A stretch of 37,773 bases of DNA from a virus (taxonomy: Duplodnaviria > Caudoviricetes). Under the pieces are notes generated by a model that was not told the origin of the DNA, did no database searches, and saw only the letters and a program-made list of their open reading frames with translations. Each line of letters opens with the position of its first letter. The first letter of the stretch is position 1. The translations under genes were made by a program, and so were the position numbers. The stretch spans positions 1-37,773 of the IMG/VR virus record IMGVR_UViG_3300012844_000034; one strand, 5' to 3'. Below are positions 7,478 through 15,748 of this stretch, piece by piece.

Positions 7478-7983
7478 TGGCGGTCCCCGTACCCTACATG
7501 GGGTTGGCCGAGCCTGGTTCGTACTGCATTCGCAAGCGTGAGCTTGCAACTGCCGTATGCAGTCGTGCAGATATCGCCCTGCTCATTAGTTACAACGATG
7601 CCGAAGGGCTGGTTTTCGTCCGTGGTGGGAGTGATGTAAGCGCGCAGGCCTTCAGGTAACACATCGCTCACGCAGTCGAGCGCTTCCATCAAGGCGATGG
7701 CGCGCTGGGTCTGTTGGCCCGACTCAGTTCGGCCATTGGCCACGTCCTGCAGGAAGTTGCGAAGGGCCATGTACTTGGTCGAGTCGCCGCGCCGCAGGGT
7801 GATCGAGCCCGTGTAGGGGCCAAAGCGCACCTGCAGGTGGTGGTCGCGGTCGTCGTTCTCAACCAGGATGTGGGCGTCGAGAGAGGTTTCAGGGCGGTTC
7901 AAGGGGCAGGTGGTGTTGCCGCCATTCTCCAGCGTGCGCTCCAGCAGCATCACGCGGCGCAGCTTGATTGTGAAATCACTCAT
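7474..7983 (-). CDS. Phage hypothetical protein
   Basis: 169-aa ORF translationally coupled within the early-left operon. Confidence 0.7.
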   Translation of the reverse strand: MSDFTIKLRRVMLLERTLENGGNTTCPLNRPETSLDAHILVENDDRDHHLQVRFGPYTGSITLRRGDSTKYMALRNFLQDVANGRTESGQQTQRAIALMEALDCVSDVLPEGLRAYITPTTDENQPFGIVVTNEQGDICTTAYGSCKLTLANAVRTRLGQPHVGYGDRQ

Positions 7984-8141
7984 ACCGCACCCCCGTTAGG
8001 TACGGCGCGAACGTGCCCGGATGGAGTGACGATCAGTTGCAGGCCGGTGAAGCGTTGAAACGCCTCAATCGTGGCTGGGCGGGTGCAGGTGGTGGGGTGC
8101 AAGTAAACCTTGCACCCATTTCGGAGCTGTGCAATTGGCAT
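7980..8141 (-). CDS. Small phage protein (53 aa), first gene of the early-left operon; not in the ORF track
   Basis: MPIAQLRNGCKVYLHPTTCTRPATIEAFQRFTGLQLIVTPSGHVRAVPNGGAV, with a GAGG RBS and an ATGA overlap with the next gene. Confidence 0.65.
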   Translation of the reverse strand: MPIAQLRNGCKVYLHPTTCTRPATIEAFQRFTGLQLIVTPSGHVRAVPNGGAV

Positions 8142-8142
8142 T

Positions 8143-8177
8143 TCTGGACCTCAGTGGTGAGAGGGTTGCGGTCCAGA
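8143..8177 (-). promoter_or_regulatory. Leader hairpin with CCTCTCACCAC loop, overlapping the RBS of the 53-aa gene
   Basis: TCTGGACC/GGTCCAGA stem; loop motif at 8154-8164 on the minus strand. Confidence 0.55.
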
Positions 8178-8179
8178 CA

Positions 8180-8240
8180 ATACTCAAACGAATTTTTCCG
8201 GTCAATACCTAAACGAGACGGTTGCGATTCGTTTAGGGGT
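8180..8240. promoter_or_regulatory. Left operator cluster (three 14-bp sites)
   Basis: ATACTCAAACGAAT (8180-8193), ATACCTAAACGAGA (8205-8218) and ATTCGTTTAGGGGT (8227-8240). Confidence 0.6.
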
Positions 8241-8899
8241 TAAAAGATTTCAACCTTCGATACGACCACGCCACAAATGGTTGCGTCACTCGGCAGTTCG
8301 ATGATTGGGTCCGGCCAAGATGGGTTCAGAGGCTTCAAAAAGTGCCGCTCACCCTCTACCACCAGCTGCTTGAAGGTTGCCTCTTTGCTGTTTGCCAGCT
8401 TGACGATGACCAGGGAGCCATTTTCATAGTCCCTAGCCGGGTCGACAAAGATGATATCTCCCTCTCTGAAGGAACGACGCTCATGCGGGTTAAACATGGA
8501 AAGACCGCGAACCCGCAGGGCAAAAGTCGCACTGCTGTGTGAGACGGCGCAGGGTAACCAAGCTTCTGCAGCCTCAAGTTCAAACGGTTCTTGCATCTCG
8601 CACCAGGCTCCGGCCTGTACCCAAGAAATCAGAGGTACGAAGCCACGAACGTTCGGTCCTGGCTCCACATTGGCCGTTGGCCCGAGTGGCGGCTGACTGC
8701 CACCTTCTCCCTTCCATAGCCAATCAGTAGTCACACCGAGGGCTTTTGCGATCCGCTCGACATTCTCATGCCGGGGGCTAGCGGATGTGCCCGACAGAAT
8801 CCTATGGATGGTTGGCTGTGGTACTCCCGAACGTCGGGCGAGCTCACCGCCTGACAGCCCGAGTTCATGCATGCGTTTTGCTACGCGATTCCCTATCAC
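8240..8899 (-). CDS. cI: CI-like repressor (HTH plus S24 LexA-type peptidase)
   Basis: HTH LSGGELARRSGVPQPTIHRI, VQAG cleavage site, GLSM catalytic Ser and ATFKQL Lys; divergent from cro. Confidence 0.93.
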   Translation of the reverse strand: MIGNRVAKRMHELGLSGGELARRSGVPQPTIHRILSGTSASPRHENVERIAKALGVTTDWLWKGEGGSQPPLGPTANVEPGPNVRGFVPLISWVQAGAWCEMQEPFELEAAEAWLPCAVSHSSATFALRVRGLSMFNPHERRSFREGDIIFVDPARDYENGSLVIVKLANSKEATFKQLVVEGERHFLKPLNPSWPDPIIELPSDATICGVVVSKVEIF

Positions 8900-8913
8900 T
8901 GCGGATTGCTCTG

Positions 8914-8986
8914 ATTAGTTTGCGTATCACAAGTGTATTGCTCTGATCTATTCGTTTGGGTAACATCTGGTTATTCGCTAACGAAT
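8914..8986. promoter_or_regulatory. Right operator cluster between cI and cro
   Basis: ATTAGTTTGCGTAT (8914-8927), ATTCGTTTGGGTAA (8950-8963) and ATTCGCTAACGAAT (8973-8986). Confidence 0.6.
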
Positions 8987-8996
8987 AGGTTGCATC

Positions 8997-9194
8997 ATGT
9001 CCATACAAGAGATGCTTGGAGCGCTAATCGAGAGGGGCTTCTCGCAACGCGCGATTGCAGAGCGGGTTGGCGTTACTCAGCCCACCATCTATCGCGCCAC
9101 CAAGGGGGCGGCGGTTCGCTACGAGGTAGGCAAAGCTATCGAGGCTTTTTACGAGGAGCAGGTAGTAGGAAGCAAGTGCAAGAAGGAACACTGA
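8997..9194 (+). CDS. cro: Cro-like HTH regulator
   Basis: FSQRAIAERVGVTQPTIYR HTH; shares QPTIxR with the repressor recognition helix. Confidence 0.85.
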   Translation: MSIQEMLGALIERGFSQRAIAERVGVTQPTIYRATKGAAVRYEVGKAIEAFYEEQVVGSKCKKEH

Positions 9195-9298
9195 GCTAGG
9201 GCCTCTCACCACAAGAATCCCCTAGCTCAGCGAGAACGGCGCATAGCGCCGATGTACCCCGCCATCCGGTCGCCTCTCACCACAAGATCCGACGGATG
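9191..9298 (+). promoter_or_regulatory. Two tandem hairpins with near-identical loops CCTCTCACCACAAGA(A)TC
   Basis: Stems CTGAGCTAGGG/CCCTAGCTCAG (9191-9230) and CATCCGGTCG/CGACGGATG (9263-9298). Confidence 0.6.
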
Positions 9299-9412
9299 AC
9301 TAGAACCGCGTGAAATGCCCGCACAGCACGCAAAGCACAACACACCGGTCGTATTCACAGGATAGGACGTTGAAAGCCCTGTGACTACACCGTAAACCGA
9401 GGATTTACGGTT

Positions 9413-9901
9413 ATGAGTCGCATTGATCTATTGCCGGGTGCAGGCCCGGTGCTCACCTTGCGGCAGGCGCTCTATCGCGCAGGTCGTGACTATCACGGCG
9501 GAATGACCAGGCTGGCCTTCGACATGGGGCTGGATGTGGACACGCTTCAAAAGAAGCTCAACCATAACGAAGAGCGCCGCTGGCCCACTCCCGACGAGCT
9601 GGAAGAGATCGTTCAGTTGACTGCAAGTCCGCGTCTGCTGGATGCCCTGGTACGTCCAGCCGGTGCAGTTTGGTACCGCCCTGAACCAGTGCCAGCGACC
9701 AACGAGGCACTGCAGGCGGTTGCCAAGCTCCTTGAGGAGTCCAGCGAGTTTGTCGGGAGCCTTCATGATGGGGCCGCAGACAACGTCTGGACCCCGGTAG
9801 AGGTTGTCGACCTGGAGCAACGTGGCATGGATGTTATCCGCCAGGTGCTGGCTATCATGGCGGGCGCTCGCCAGGCCATGGAGGAAAGCACCCATGGTTG
9901 A
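9413..9901 (+). CDS. Phage regulatory CII-family protein
   Basis: 162 aa, LAFDMG...TLQKKLN HTH-like start followed by a helical C-terminus; located after cro. Confidence 0.7.
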   Translation: MSRIDLLPGAGPVLTLRQALYRAGRDYHGGMTRLAFDMGLDVDTLQKKLNHNEERRWPTPDELEEIVQLTASPRLLDALVRPAGAVWYRPEPVPATNEALQAVAKLLEESSEFVGSLHDGAADNVWTPVEVVDLEQRGMDVIRQVLAIMAGARQAMEESTHG

Positions 9902-10097
9902 TGTGGTCGATGTAGCCAATTATCAAGCCGATTACCACCTGCAAGTGGCCCTTCAGCGTCGCCCTCGTCCCGTGACAAAGCCCAGTTCGGAGTTCTGCGA
10001 TGACTGCGGCGAGCCAATTCCGATGAAGCGGCAGCAACTGGTGGCGGGTTGCGAAACCTGCACCAGTTGTCAGGAGCTACGGGAGCGGCGCAGATGA
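9894..10097 (+). CDS. TraR/DksA C4-type zinc-finger protein
   Basis: MVDVVDVAN...CDDCGEPIPMKR...CETCTSCQ. Confidence 0.88.
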   Translation: MVDVVDVANYQADYHLQVALQRRPRPVTKPSSEFCDDCGEPIPMKRQQLVAGCETCTSCQELRERRR

Positions 10098-12859
10098 AAG
10101 AGCGCCCAATTCCTACCACAGCTGATTGGGCGCGGCGTTACATTCAAACCTTCAATCTCGCCCTGGTTCCTATGGAGCCAGGCACGAAGGGGCCGACGCA
10201 AGAAGGCTGGAATAAACCCGGTGGCTATTTTACTGATGTCGCAAGCGCCGAGCAGTTTTGGGTCGCAAATCCGAGTCACAACCTGGGCGTTGTACTCGGC
10301 CCGAGCCGTGTCTGCTCCCTTGATGTTGACGACGTTGAATTCACTCGATTGGTGCTTCAGCAGACCCATGGCATCGACGTTGATGCGCTCGCGGAGTCAT
10401 ACCCTACCTCTGTGGGCAATCCCGCACGATTCCGCATCATGTTCCGCGTTCCTGATGGCGTAGAGCTGAAGAAGCATGCGCTTGTATGGCCGAACAAGAA
10501 TGACCCCGAGGGCATTATTCACAAGGGGCTGATGGCTCAGGTAAGGGCTGCAGTCGATGCAAAAGATGAAGCCAGGGAGGCGGCACTCCGCATGGCCGCT
10601 GAGCCATTCAAAAAGCTCACCGTGTTCGAGCTTCGCGCTGGTCTAGTGCAGGACGTATTGCCTCCGTCGATCCATCCGGGTACTGGCAAGCCGTACACTT
10701 GGCGTAAGGCGCCGGACGCAAACGGTTTGCCTGATCTGCCTGGGGAGTTGCTGGCAATCTGGCAGGGTTGGGAAGAGTTCAAACCGAATGGCGAGGCGTT
10801 GTGCCCTTGGAGGCCTCAGCCTGCTGTTCCAGTGAGTAGACCTGCAGTCGCTCTCCGCCCCGCAGCTGCCCGTTCCGGAGAGCCGCTGCCCGAGGTCATT
10901 CCTGAGTTCAACCGCATCCACGACATCGCCATGATGATCGAGGCGCATGGCTACAAGCGGGTGGGCGGCAAGTGGTTGTGCCCGCAAAGCAGTTCCGGCC
11001 TTCCAGGCGTGACGATTACTGACGACAAAAAACTGTACTCGCACCACACCTCTGACCCGCTGGCGAACGGACACAAGAACGATGCGTTCGATGTGTTCCG
11101 CATCTTGATGCACAACGGTGACCAGCGGGCAGCCACCCGAGCTGCTGCGCAGATCCTTGGCATTGACGCCCAGTCACGCCCGCCGGCTCCGCCGCCATTG
11201 GGCGAACTTCCCCATGCCCCATCAGTGGTTGAGCAGGCCGAACAGCGGCCGGCTGATGCCGGCAACGTCGAGTATCTTCCCCGCACACCATCGGGCGGAG
11301 AGGAGACCAGCCCGGCCGGCTCCTCGGCCACCGGGGGGGCGGGGGGCGATGCCTTGGACATTGATGGCGCGATGCGTCGATTCGCTTTGGTCGAAGGCTC
11401 CACGAACGTGTGGGACTTCGATAAAAGGCGGTCGATGAAGCGGACAGGCTTTGAGGCCCTGATTGGAAAGCCGCTCGCGAAGGCGTGGATGGAGCGGACT
11501 GACAAGAAGCTCATAGCCTCCGAGCAGGTGGCAGAGCTTGAGCAGGCCCGAAAGATGTCGAGCAAGAAGGGCGGAGCGCTGAAGCTTGAACCGCTCGACC
11601 GGTACATCTATATCGACGGTACGAAAGAGGCTTGGGATCGCGAGAAGAAACGGCGCCTGCCCGAGGGTAGCGTCAAGATGGCCCTGGGTGATGCTTATCA
11701 ACTCTGGCTGAACAGCCCTGAGCGGCGGGTAGTGGACGTCGACCACATCGTGTTTGACCCGACGATGACCAAGGACCCGGCAATCTATATCAACACGTTC
11801 GAGGGCTTGCCGCTTGCGCCGGTCCGTGATGATGCTGCGTGCGAGAACCTGCGGTGGCTGATCTCATTCCTTTGCAACAATGACGCTGAAGCGCGGGATT
11901 GGCTGGTCAAGTGGCTGGCTTACCCGCTACAGCATATGGGTGCGAAGATGGACACCGCCATCTTGTTTCACTCGACCATGGAGGGCTCGGGTAAGAGCCT
12001 GCTGTTCGCCGACATTATGGGCGAGCTATACGGTCGGTACAGCGCCACGGTTGGACAAACGCAACTGGAAGGCAACTTCAACGCTTGGCAGAGCGGAAAG
12101 CTGTGGGCCGTGTTTGAAGAGGTTGTAAGCCGTGACCAGCGCTACAACCAGGTTGGCAAGATCAAACACATGATTACCGGCAAAACGGTGCGGATGGAAT
12201 CGAAGTTCATCAACGGCTGGGAAGAAGCCAACCACATGAACTCGGCGTTCCTGAGCAACGAGATCATGCCGTGGCCGATCAGTGAAGACGACCGTCGAAT
12301 GCTGGTGATGTGGCCAATGGAGACCCTGCCAGCGGAAAGGCAGAAAGCTATCGCCCGAGAGTTAGCCAATGGTGGCGTGGCCGCTTTATACGGCTGGCTA
12401 TTAGATATCGACCTTGAGGATTTCAACCAGCGCACGCGCCCGCCGAAAACCGAGGCTCGCCAGCGGCTTGTCGAGCTGAGTCGCACCGCCTGGCAGACCT
12501 TTTTCTACCTCTGGCGAAACGGCGAACTGGGGCACGGCCTATGGGGTTGCTGCCTGACTTCGGACGTCTACGCCATGTTTCTTGAGTGGTGTTCCCACAA
12601 CAAAGAAAACTCCATGAGCCATACAAAATTTTCGCTGATGTTCAGCGCGAAGGTTGAGAAGACGCGGCCCATCCCTTGGACAGACGGCAGTTCTCGAAGA
12701 TTTGCGGCGTTCTTTGTGCCCAGTGAGGGTGATCCTTCCCTGCCCCCATCCATGAAGTCGGCCGAGCTAGGCAAAACGGTTGTCGAGTGGCGTGCCCGAG
12801 CCAAGCTGGCAGGGTGGAGCGTGGACGGTTGGGACCATATCAAGAGGCTTGCAGCATGA
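10094..12859 (+). CDS. Bifunctional primase-polymerase fused to an SF3/D5-like helicase
   Basis: Prim-Pol motifs NLGVVLG, SLDVDD and LPPSIHP.TGKPY.W; Walker A EGSGKS, Walker B VFEE, and FLSNE. Confidence 0.88.
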   Translation: MKERPIPTTADWARRYIQTFNLALVPMEPGTKGPTQEGWNKPGGYFTDVASAEQFWVANPSHNLGVVLGPSRVCSLDVDDVEFTRLVLQQTHGIDVDALAESYPTSVGNPARFRIMFRVPDGVELKKHALVWPNKNDPEGIIHKGLMAQVRAAVDAKDEAREAALRMAAEPFKKLTVFELRAGLVQDVLPPSIHPGTGKPYTWRKAPDANGLPDLPGELLAIWQGWEEFKPNGEALCPWRPQPAVPVSRPAVALRPAAARSGEPLPEVIPEFNRIHDIAMMIEAHGYKRVGGKWLCPQSSSGLPGVTITDDKKLYSHHTSDPLANGHKNDAFDVFRILMHNGDQRAATRAAAQILGIDAQSRPPAPPPLGELPHAPSVVEQAEQRPADAGNVEYLPRTPSGGEETSPAGSSATGGAGGDALDIDGAMRRFALVEGSTNVWDFDKRRSMKRTGFEALIGKPLAKAWMERTDKKLIASEQVAELEQARKMSSKKGGALKLEPLDRYIYIDGTKEAWDREKKRRLPEGSVKMALGDAYQLWLNSPERRVVDVDHIVFDPTMTKDPAIYINTFEGLPLAPVRDDAACENLRWLISFLCNNDAEARDWLVKWLAYPLQHMGAKMDTAILFHSTMEGSGKSLLFADIMGELYGRYSATVGQTQLEGNFNAWQSGKLWAVFEEVVSRDQRYNQVGKIKHMITGKTVRMESKFINGWEEANHMNSAFLSNEIMPWPISEDDRRMLVMWPMETLPAERQKAIARELANGGVAALYGWLLDIDLEDFNQRTRPPKTEARQRLVELSRTAWQTFFYLWRNGELGHGLWGCCLTSDVYAMFLEWCSHNKENSMSHTKFSLMFSAKVEKTRPIPWTDGSSRRFAAFFVPSEGDPSLPPSMKSAELGKTVVEWRARAKLAGWSVDGWDHIKRLAA

Positions 12860-12871
12860 CTTCGCCGGAAA

Positions 12872-13164
12872 GTGTGTTGGGTGTGTTGGGTATGTGTTGG
12901 GTTGGTTTTGGAAAGCCAACACACATTGAAAGCACGAAATTCGTGACCTTGCGGGCATGTGTGTTGGGTGTGTTGGGTTTGTGCGCACGCGCGCGCGCGG
13001 GATTTTTTTTAATCGCTGAAAATGATGGGGAAATAAATCTTTATGCGAACCCTGAAAAACCCAACACACCCAACACACTTAACACAGATCCTCCCAATCC
13101 ATTGAATTTATTGGGTTTTGAGTGTGTTGGGTTTGTGTTGGGTTTGCCCAAATGCGTGTTGGGT
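12872..13164. repeat. Iteron-like TGTGTTGGG repeat field, putative replication origin
   Basis: About 8 forward and about 4 inverted (CCCAACACA) copies around a (CG)n run and an AT-rich core (about 13002-13058), directly after the helicase gene. Confidence 0.6.
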
Positions 13165-13183
13165 AGTGATCGGGAGGTTGGTG

Positions 13184-13735
13184 ATGACGAATGACCAAGG
13201 TTTGCGCCTACAGCAGCAGGTGGATCTTGCACTGCACCGCATTGATATGGCGGCGCTCATCGACCAAGCCGAACGCCTGCGCCTGGTCGGCGAGCTGATG
13301 AAGCACTGGGGCGAACAGCGGTCTCGGCTTGGTTTGGAGGCCAGCTTGGGTAGCCAGATGGGCACCATCATGGAATGGAAGGGCTCGGCGCCACGCGGTG
13401 GCACTTCCGGTTCGCGGATTCTGGTCTCAGGTGCAGGCCTCGACCATGCAGCGGCTGAGGTCGATGCTGCAGTAGCCCAGCTGGAGCGGCGCGACGAGAG
13501 GGGGGCAACATTGGCCAAGCTGGCTCACCATCGATACCTCTTCGGTACAACGGTGCGGACACAGATGCGAGAAGTTGGGCTGGCTGAGGATGCTGACCGC
13601 ACCTACCGGAACTGGGTCAAGGCCCTGCACTTGCAAGTGTTTGCCATCCTGGCTGCCCGCGCTGGCCGAGTCAGGCAACAGACCGTTCGTCGGGTCACTA
13701 TGCGCCGAGCGTGCGCCGAAGTTGCGTCGAAGTAG
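13184..13735 (+). CDS. Phage protein, possible late-gene regulator (Q-like position)
   Basis: GGAGG RBS and a C-terminal HTH-like segment (QMREVGL...RTYRNWVKALH); lies between the replication genes and the holin. Confidence 0.6.
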   Translation: MTNDQGLRLQQQVDLALHRIDMAALIDQAERLRLVGELMKHWGEQRSRLGLEASLGSQMGTIMEWKGSAPRGGTSGSRILVSGAGLDHAAAEVDAAVAQLERRDERGATLAKLAHHRYLFGTTVRTQMREVGLAEDADRTYRNWVKALHLQVFAILAARAGRVRQQTVRRVTMRRACAEVASK

Positions 13736-13876
13736 CGCCGAAGCGGCGAACCGTAAATAGGCCCTTTTCGGTTTTTCCGGAGGCATGTACAAAGGCGTCA
13801 CGATATCAAAAGTGCGCTTATGCGCTTCCCCCACAAGCACTGTGCTGTGCAACCCGCCCCGGCCTGTCGGAGCATC

Positions 13877-13910
13877 GAGAACCCTGCCACCCGGCGGGGT
13901 TTTCTATTTC
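13877..13910 (+). terminator. Probable intrinsic terminator upstream of the late operon
   Basis: AACCCTGCC-ACCC-GGCGGGGTT stem followed by TTCTATTT. Confidence 0.5.
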
Positions 13911-13939
13911 CGGCGCTGTGCTTTGCCAATGAGGCTTAC

Positions 13940-14287
13940 ATGAATAGCGAGCAACAAACGTTAGCCGAGCTGCCGATCTGGATGGTGATCGTGCTGTCCC
14001 TGGTCGGCGGTGTTTCGGGAGAGATGTGGCGGGCGGACATGGCGGGTGCTCGCGGCTGGGGGTTGATCCGCCGGCTGGCGTTGCGCTCTGGTGCCTGTGT
14101 GACCTGCGGGCTTTCGACCAATATGCTGCTTTACGCCCTCGGCGTTTCGGTATGGGCGGCGGCAGCGGTTGGTTGCTTGGCTGCAATGGCCGGTGCCGAT
14201 GTTGCGATCAATCTCTACATGCGCTGGGCTGCCAAGCGCCTGGGGCTGGAGCAGGCGCCGCCCCAGGCCGGCGAGCCGGGGCAGTGA
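13940..14287 (+). CDS. Holin (Pseudomonas phage/pyocin type)
   Basis: MNSEQQTLAELPIWMVIVLSLVGGVSGEMWRAD..., hydrophobic segments and a GAGG RBS. Confidence 0.85.
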   Translation: MNSEQQTLAELPIWMVIVLSLVGGVSGEMWRADMAGARGWGLIRRLALRSGACVTCGLSTNMLLYALGVSVWAAAAVGCLAAMAGADVAINLYMRWAAKRLGLEQAPPQAGEPGQ

Positions 14288-14311
14288 CCCGACCGCAAGC
14301 GTGGCATTGAT

Positions 14312-14755
14312 TTATCCCGGCACCCCAAAGTGGGCAGTGACGAGGCGGGAGCCCACCGAAAGTACCTCGCCCGCCAAGCTGCCAAGAATGCTCTTGGTTC
14401 CGCTTTTGGTGGCGTCAACAAGTTGGTCGCCTAAGGATGGGCCTGCGGTGAGGCTAGCAGGGAACGCCTTTAAGGCCTCCAAGCCCTTGGCGGTCAACAC
14501 TGCGTTCAGCACTCCGTTACCGTGCGACTGATCTTTGTAAGAAAGGTACCCGGCTTCGGATAACCATTCGATACAGGCTATGAAGAACTCGCCTCGCTCG
14601 TTAGCGATGTCCCCGGCCATTTGTTCATTAAAGGTGTACCCACCTTCAATGAACTGCTTGATCAACAAAGGGCGTGGAACAGGGAAGTTTTCGTACAGCG
14701 CGCCGAGTACTTGCCCGGTGATCTCATCAAACTGTTGGATGTTGGAGATGGTCAT
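14312..14755 (-). CDS. Moron-like hypothetical protein, opposite to the late operon
   Basis: Start MTISNIQQFDEITG with AGGAG RBS; winged-helix-like segment WLSEAGYL...VLTAKGLEAL. Confidence 0.75.
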   Translation of the reverse strand: MTISNIQQFDEITGQVLGALYENFPVPRPLLIKQFIEGGYTFNEQMAGDIANERGEFFIACIEWLSEAGYLSYKDQSHGNGVLNAVLTAKGLEALKAFPASLTAGPSLGDQLVDATKSGTKSILGSLAGEVLSVGSRLVTAHFGVPG

Positions 14756-14984
14756 GTCCTTGACTCCTGAAGAAGAGAACAAAAGCCCACAAAGCTGGGA
14801 ACAAGTTTTGCGTTACATCGACATGCAGGTGCGGAGAGATTGCGACCTTACGCGTGCGCGACATTACTGGGCGAAGACCTTGGAAGAAACCCCTAAAGAA
14901 GTGCTTGTGGAAGCATTGAGCATTGCGTTGGCCTCTGGCCGTTACCAAGAGAAGCCGCGCGGGCGGTGTTGCCGGTGTTGCTGA
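14754..14984 (+). CDS. Small hypothetical protein with Cys-rich C-terminus
   Basis: MSLTPEEE...GRCCRCC (76 aa), with GGAG at 14743-14746. Confidence 0.45.
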   Translation: MSLTPEEENKSPQSWEQVLRYIDMQVRRDCDLTRARHYWAKTLEETPKEVLVEALSIALASGRYQEKPRGRCCRCC

Positions 14985-15019
14985 CACTTTGCGTCCCCAG
15001 TAGGCCCAGCTGGCTTGGG

Positions 15020-15155
15020 ATAGGGGTGGGGACCCTGGCAACTTGGCCGGGGTACGGGGCAGGAAACCCGCGGTTCTTTGTTAGCGGAAGGTTCACCAGC
15101 TTAGTGAACTGCGGTGAACTGGTTAACCCCCCGAATTCATTGGGTGAACTGGACG
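15020..15155. other. Putative cos/packaging region
   Basis: Non-coding GC-rich stretch upstream of the small terminase with repeated GTGAACT/GTTCAC motifs (15091-15152), positioned like lambda cosN/cosB. Confidence 0.4.
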
Positions 15156-15162
15156 TTTCGAC

Positions 15163-15744
15163 ATGACGCACCTGACGAAATCGGGGTTCGCCGCCCGGCA
15201 CGGATGGTCGAAATCCTACGTTTCAAAACTGGCCAAGCAGGATCGCCTGGTGCTGAGCGCCGACGGCAAGGTCGATGTAGAAGCTACAGAAGTGTTGCTG
15301 GCCGAATCTGCCGATCCGAGCAAGGCGGCTGTCGCCGCTCGGCACGAGGAGCACCGCGTCGAGCGGGATGTTCGAAGCCAGCTCCAGCCCGGCCCCGGCC
15401 CTGCTGCAACGCTGCAGCCAGATTCGGCATCCGCCGGCGCTCACAACTTCCAAAAGGCGAAGGCGCACCGCGAGTACTACCTCGCCCAACTGGCTGAGGC
15501 AGAGTTCAACAAGGTCCAGGGCAATCTGGTCGAGCGGCAGGCTGTAGAAGATGCCGCGTACTCTGCGGGTCGTATGCTTCGCGATCAGTTTCTGGGCCTT
15601 GCGCCACAGCTGGCCGCAGAGCTGGTCGCGATGAGTGACCCGTGGGACATCGAGAAACACCTCGTTGACGCCTTCCGCCGCGTCTTCACCGAAGTCGGCA
15701 AGATGAACACCGCCGACCTTTCGCAAGCCATTACACAGAGCTGA
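15163..15744 (+). CDS. Terminase small subunit
   Basis: N-terminal wHTH (FAARHGWSKSYVSKL) and C-terminal coiled coil with GNLVER; directly before the large subunit. Confidence 0.85.
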   Translation: MTHLTKSGFAARHGWSKSYVSKLAKQDRLVLSADGKVDVEATEVLLAESADPSKAAVAARHEEHRVERDVRSQLQPGPGPAATLQPDSASAGAHNFQKAKAHREYYLAQLAEAEFNKVQGNLVERQAVEDAAYSAGRMLRDQFLGLAPQLAAELVAMSDPWDIEKHLVDAFRRVFTEVGKMNTADLSQAITQS

Positions 15745-15748
15745 GCCT

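Noticed and set aside
12787-13194. 135-aa ORF and its antisense ORFs as proteins
   Set aside because: Their low-complexity translations are explained by the DNA repeats; a real gene cannot be fully excluded
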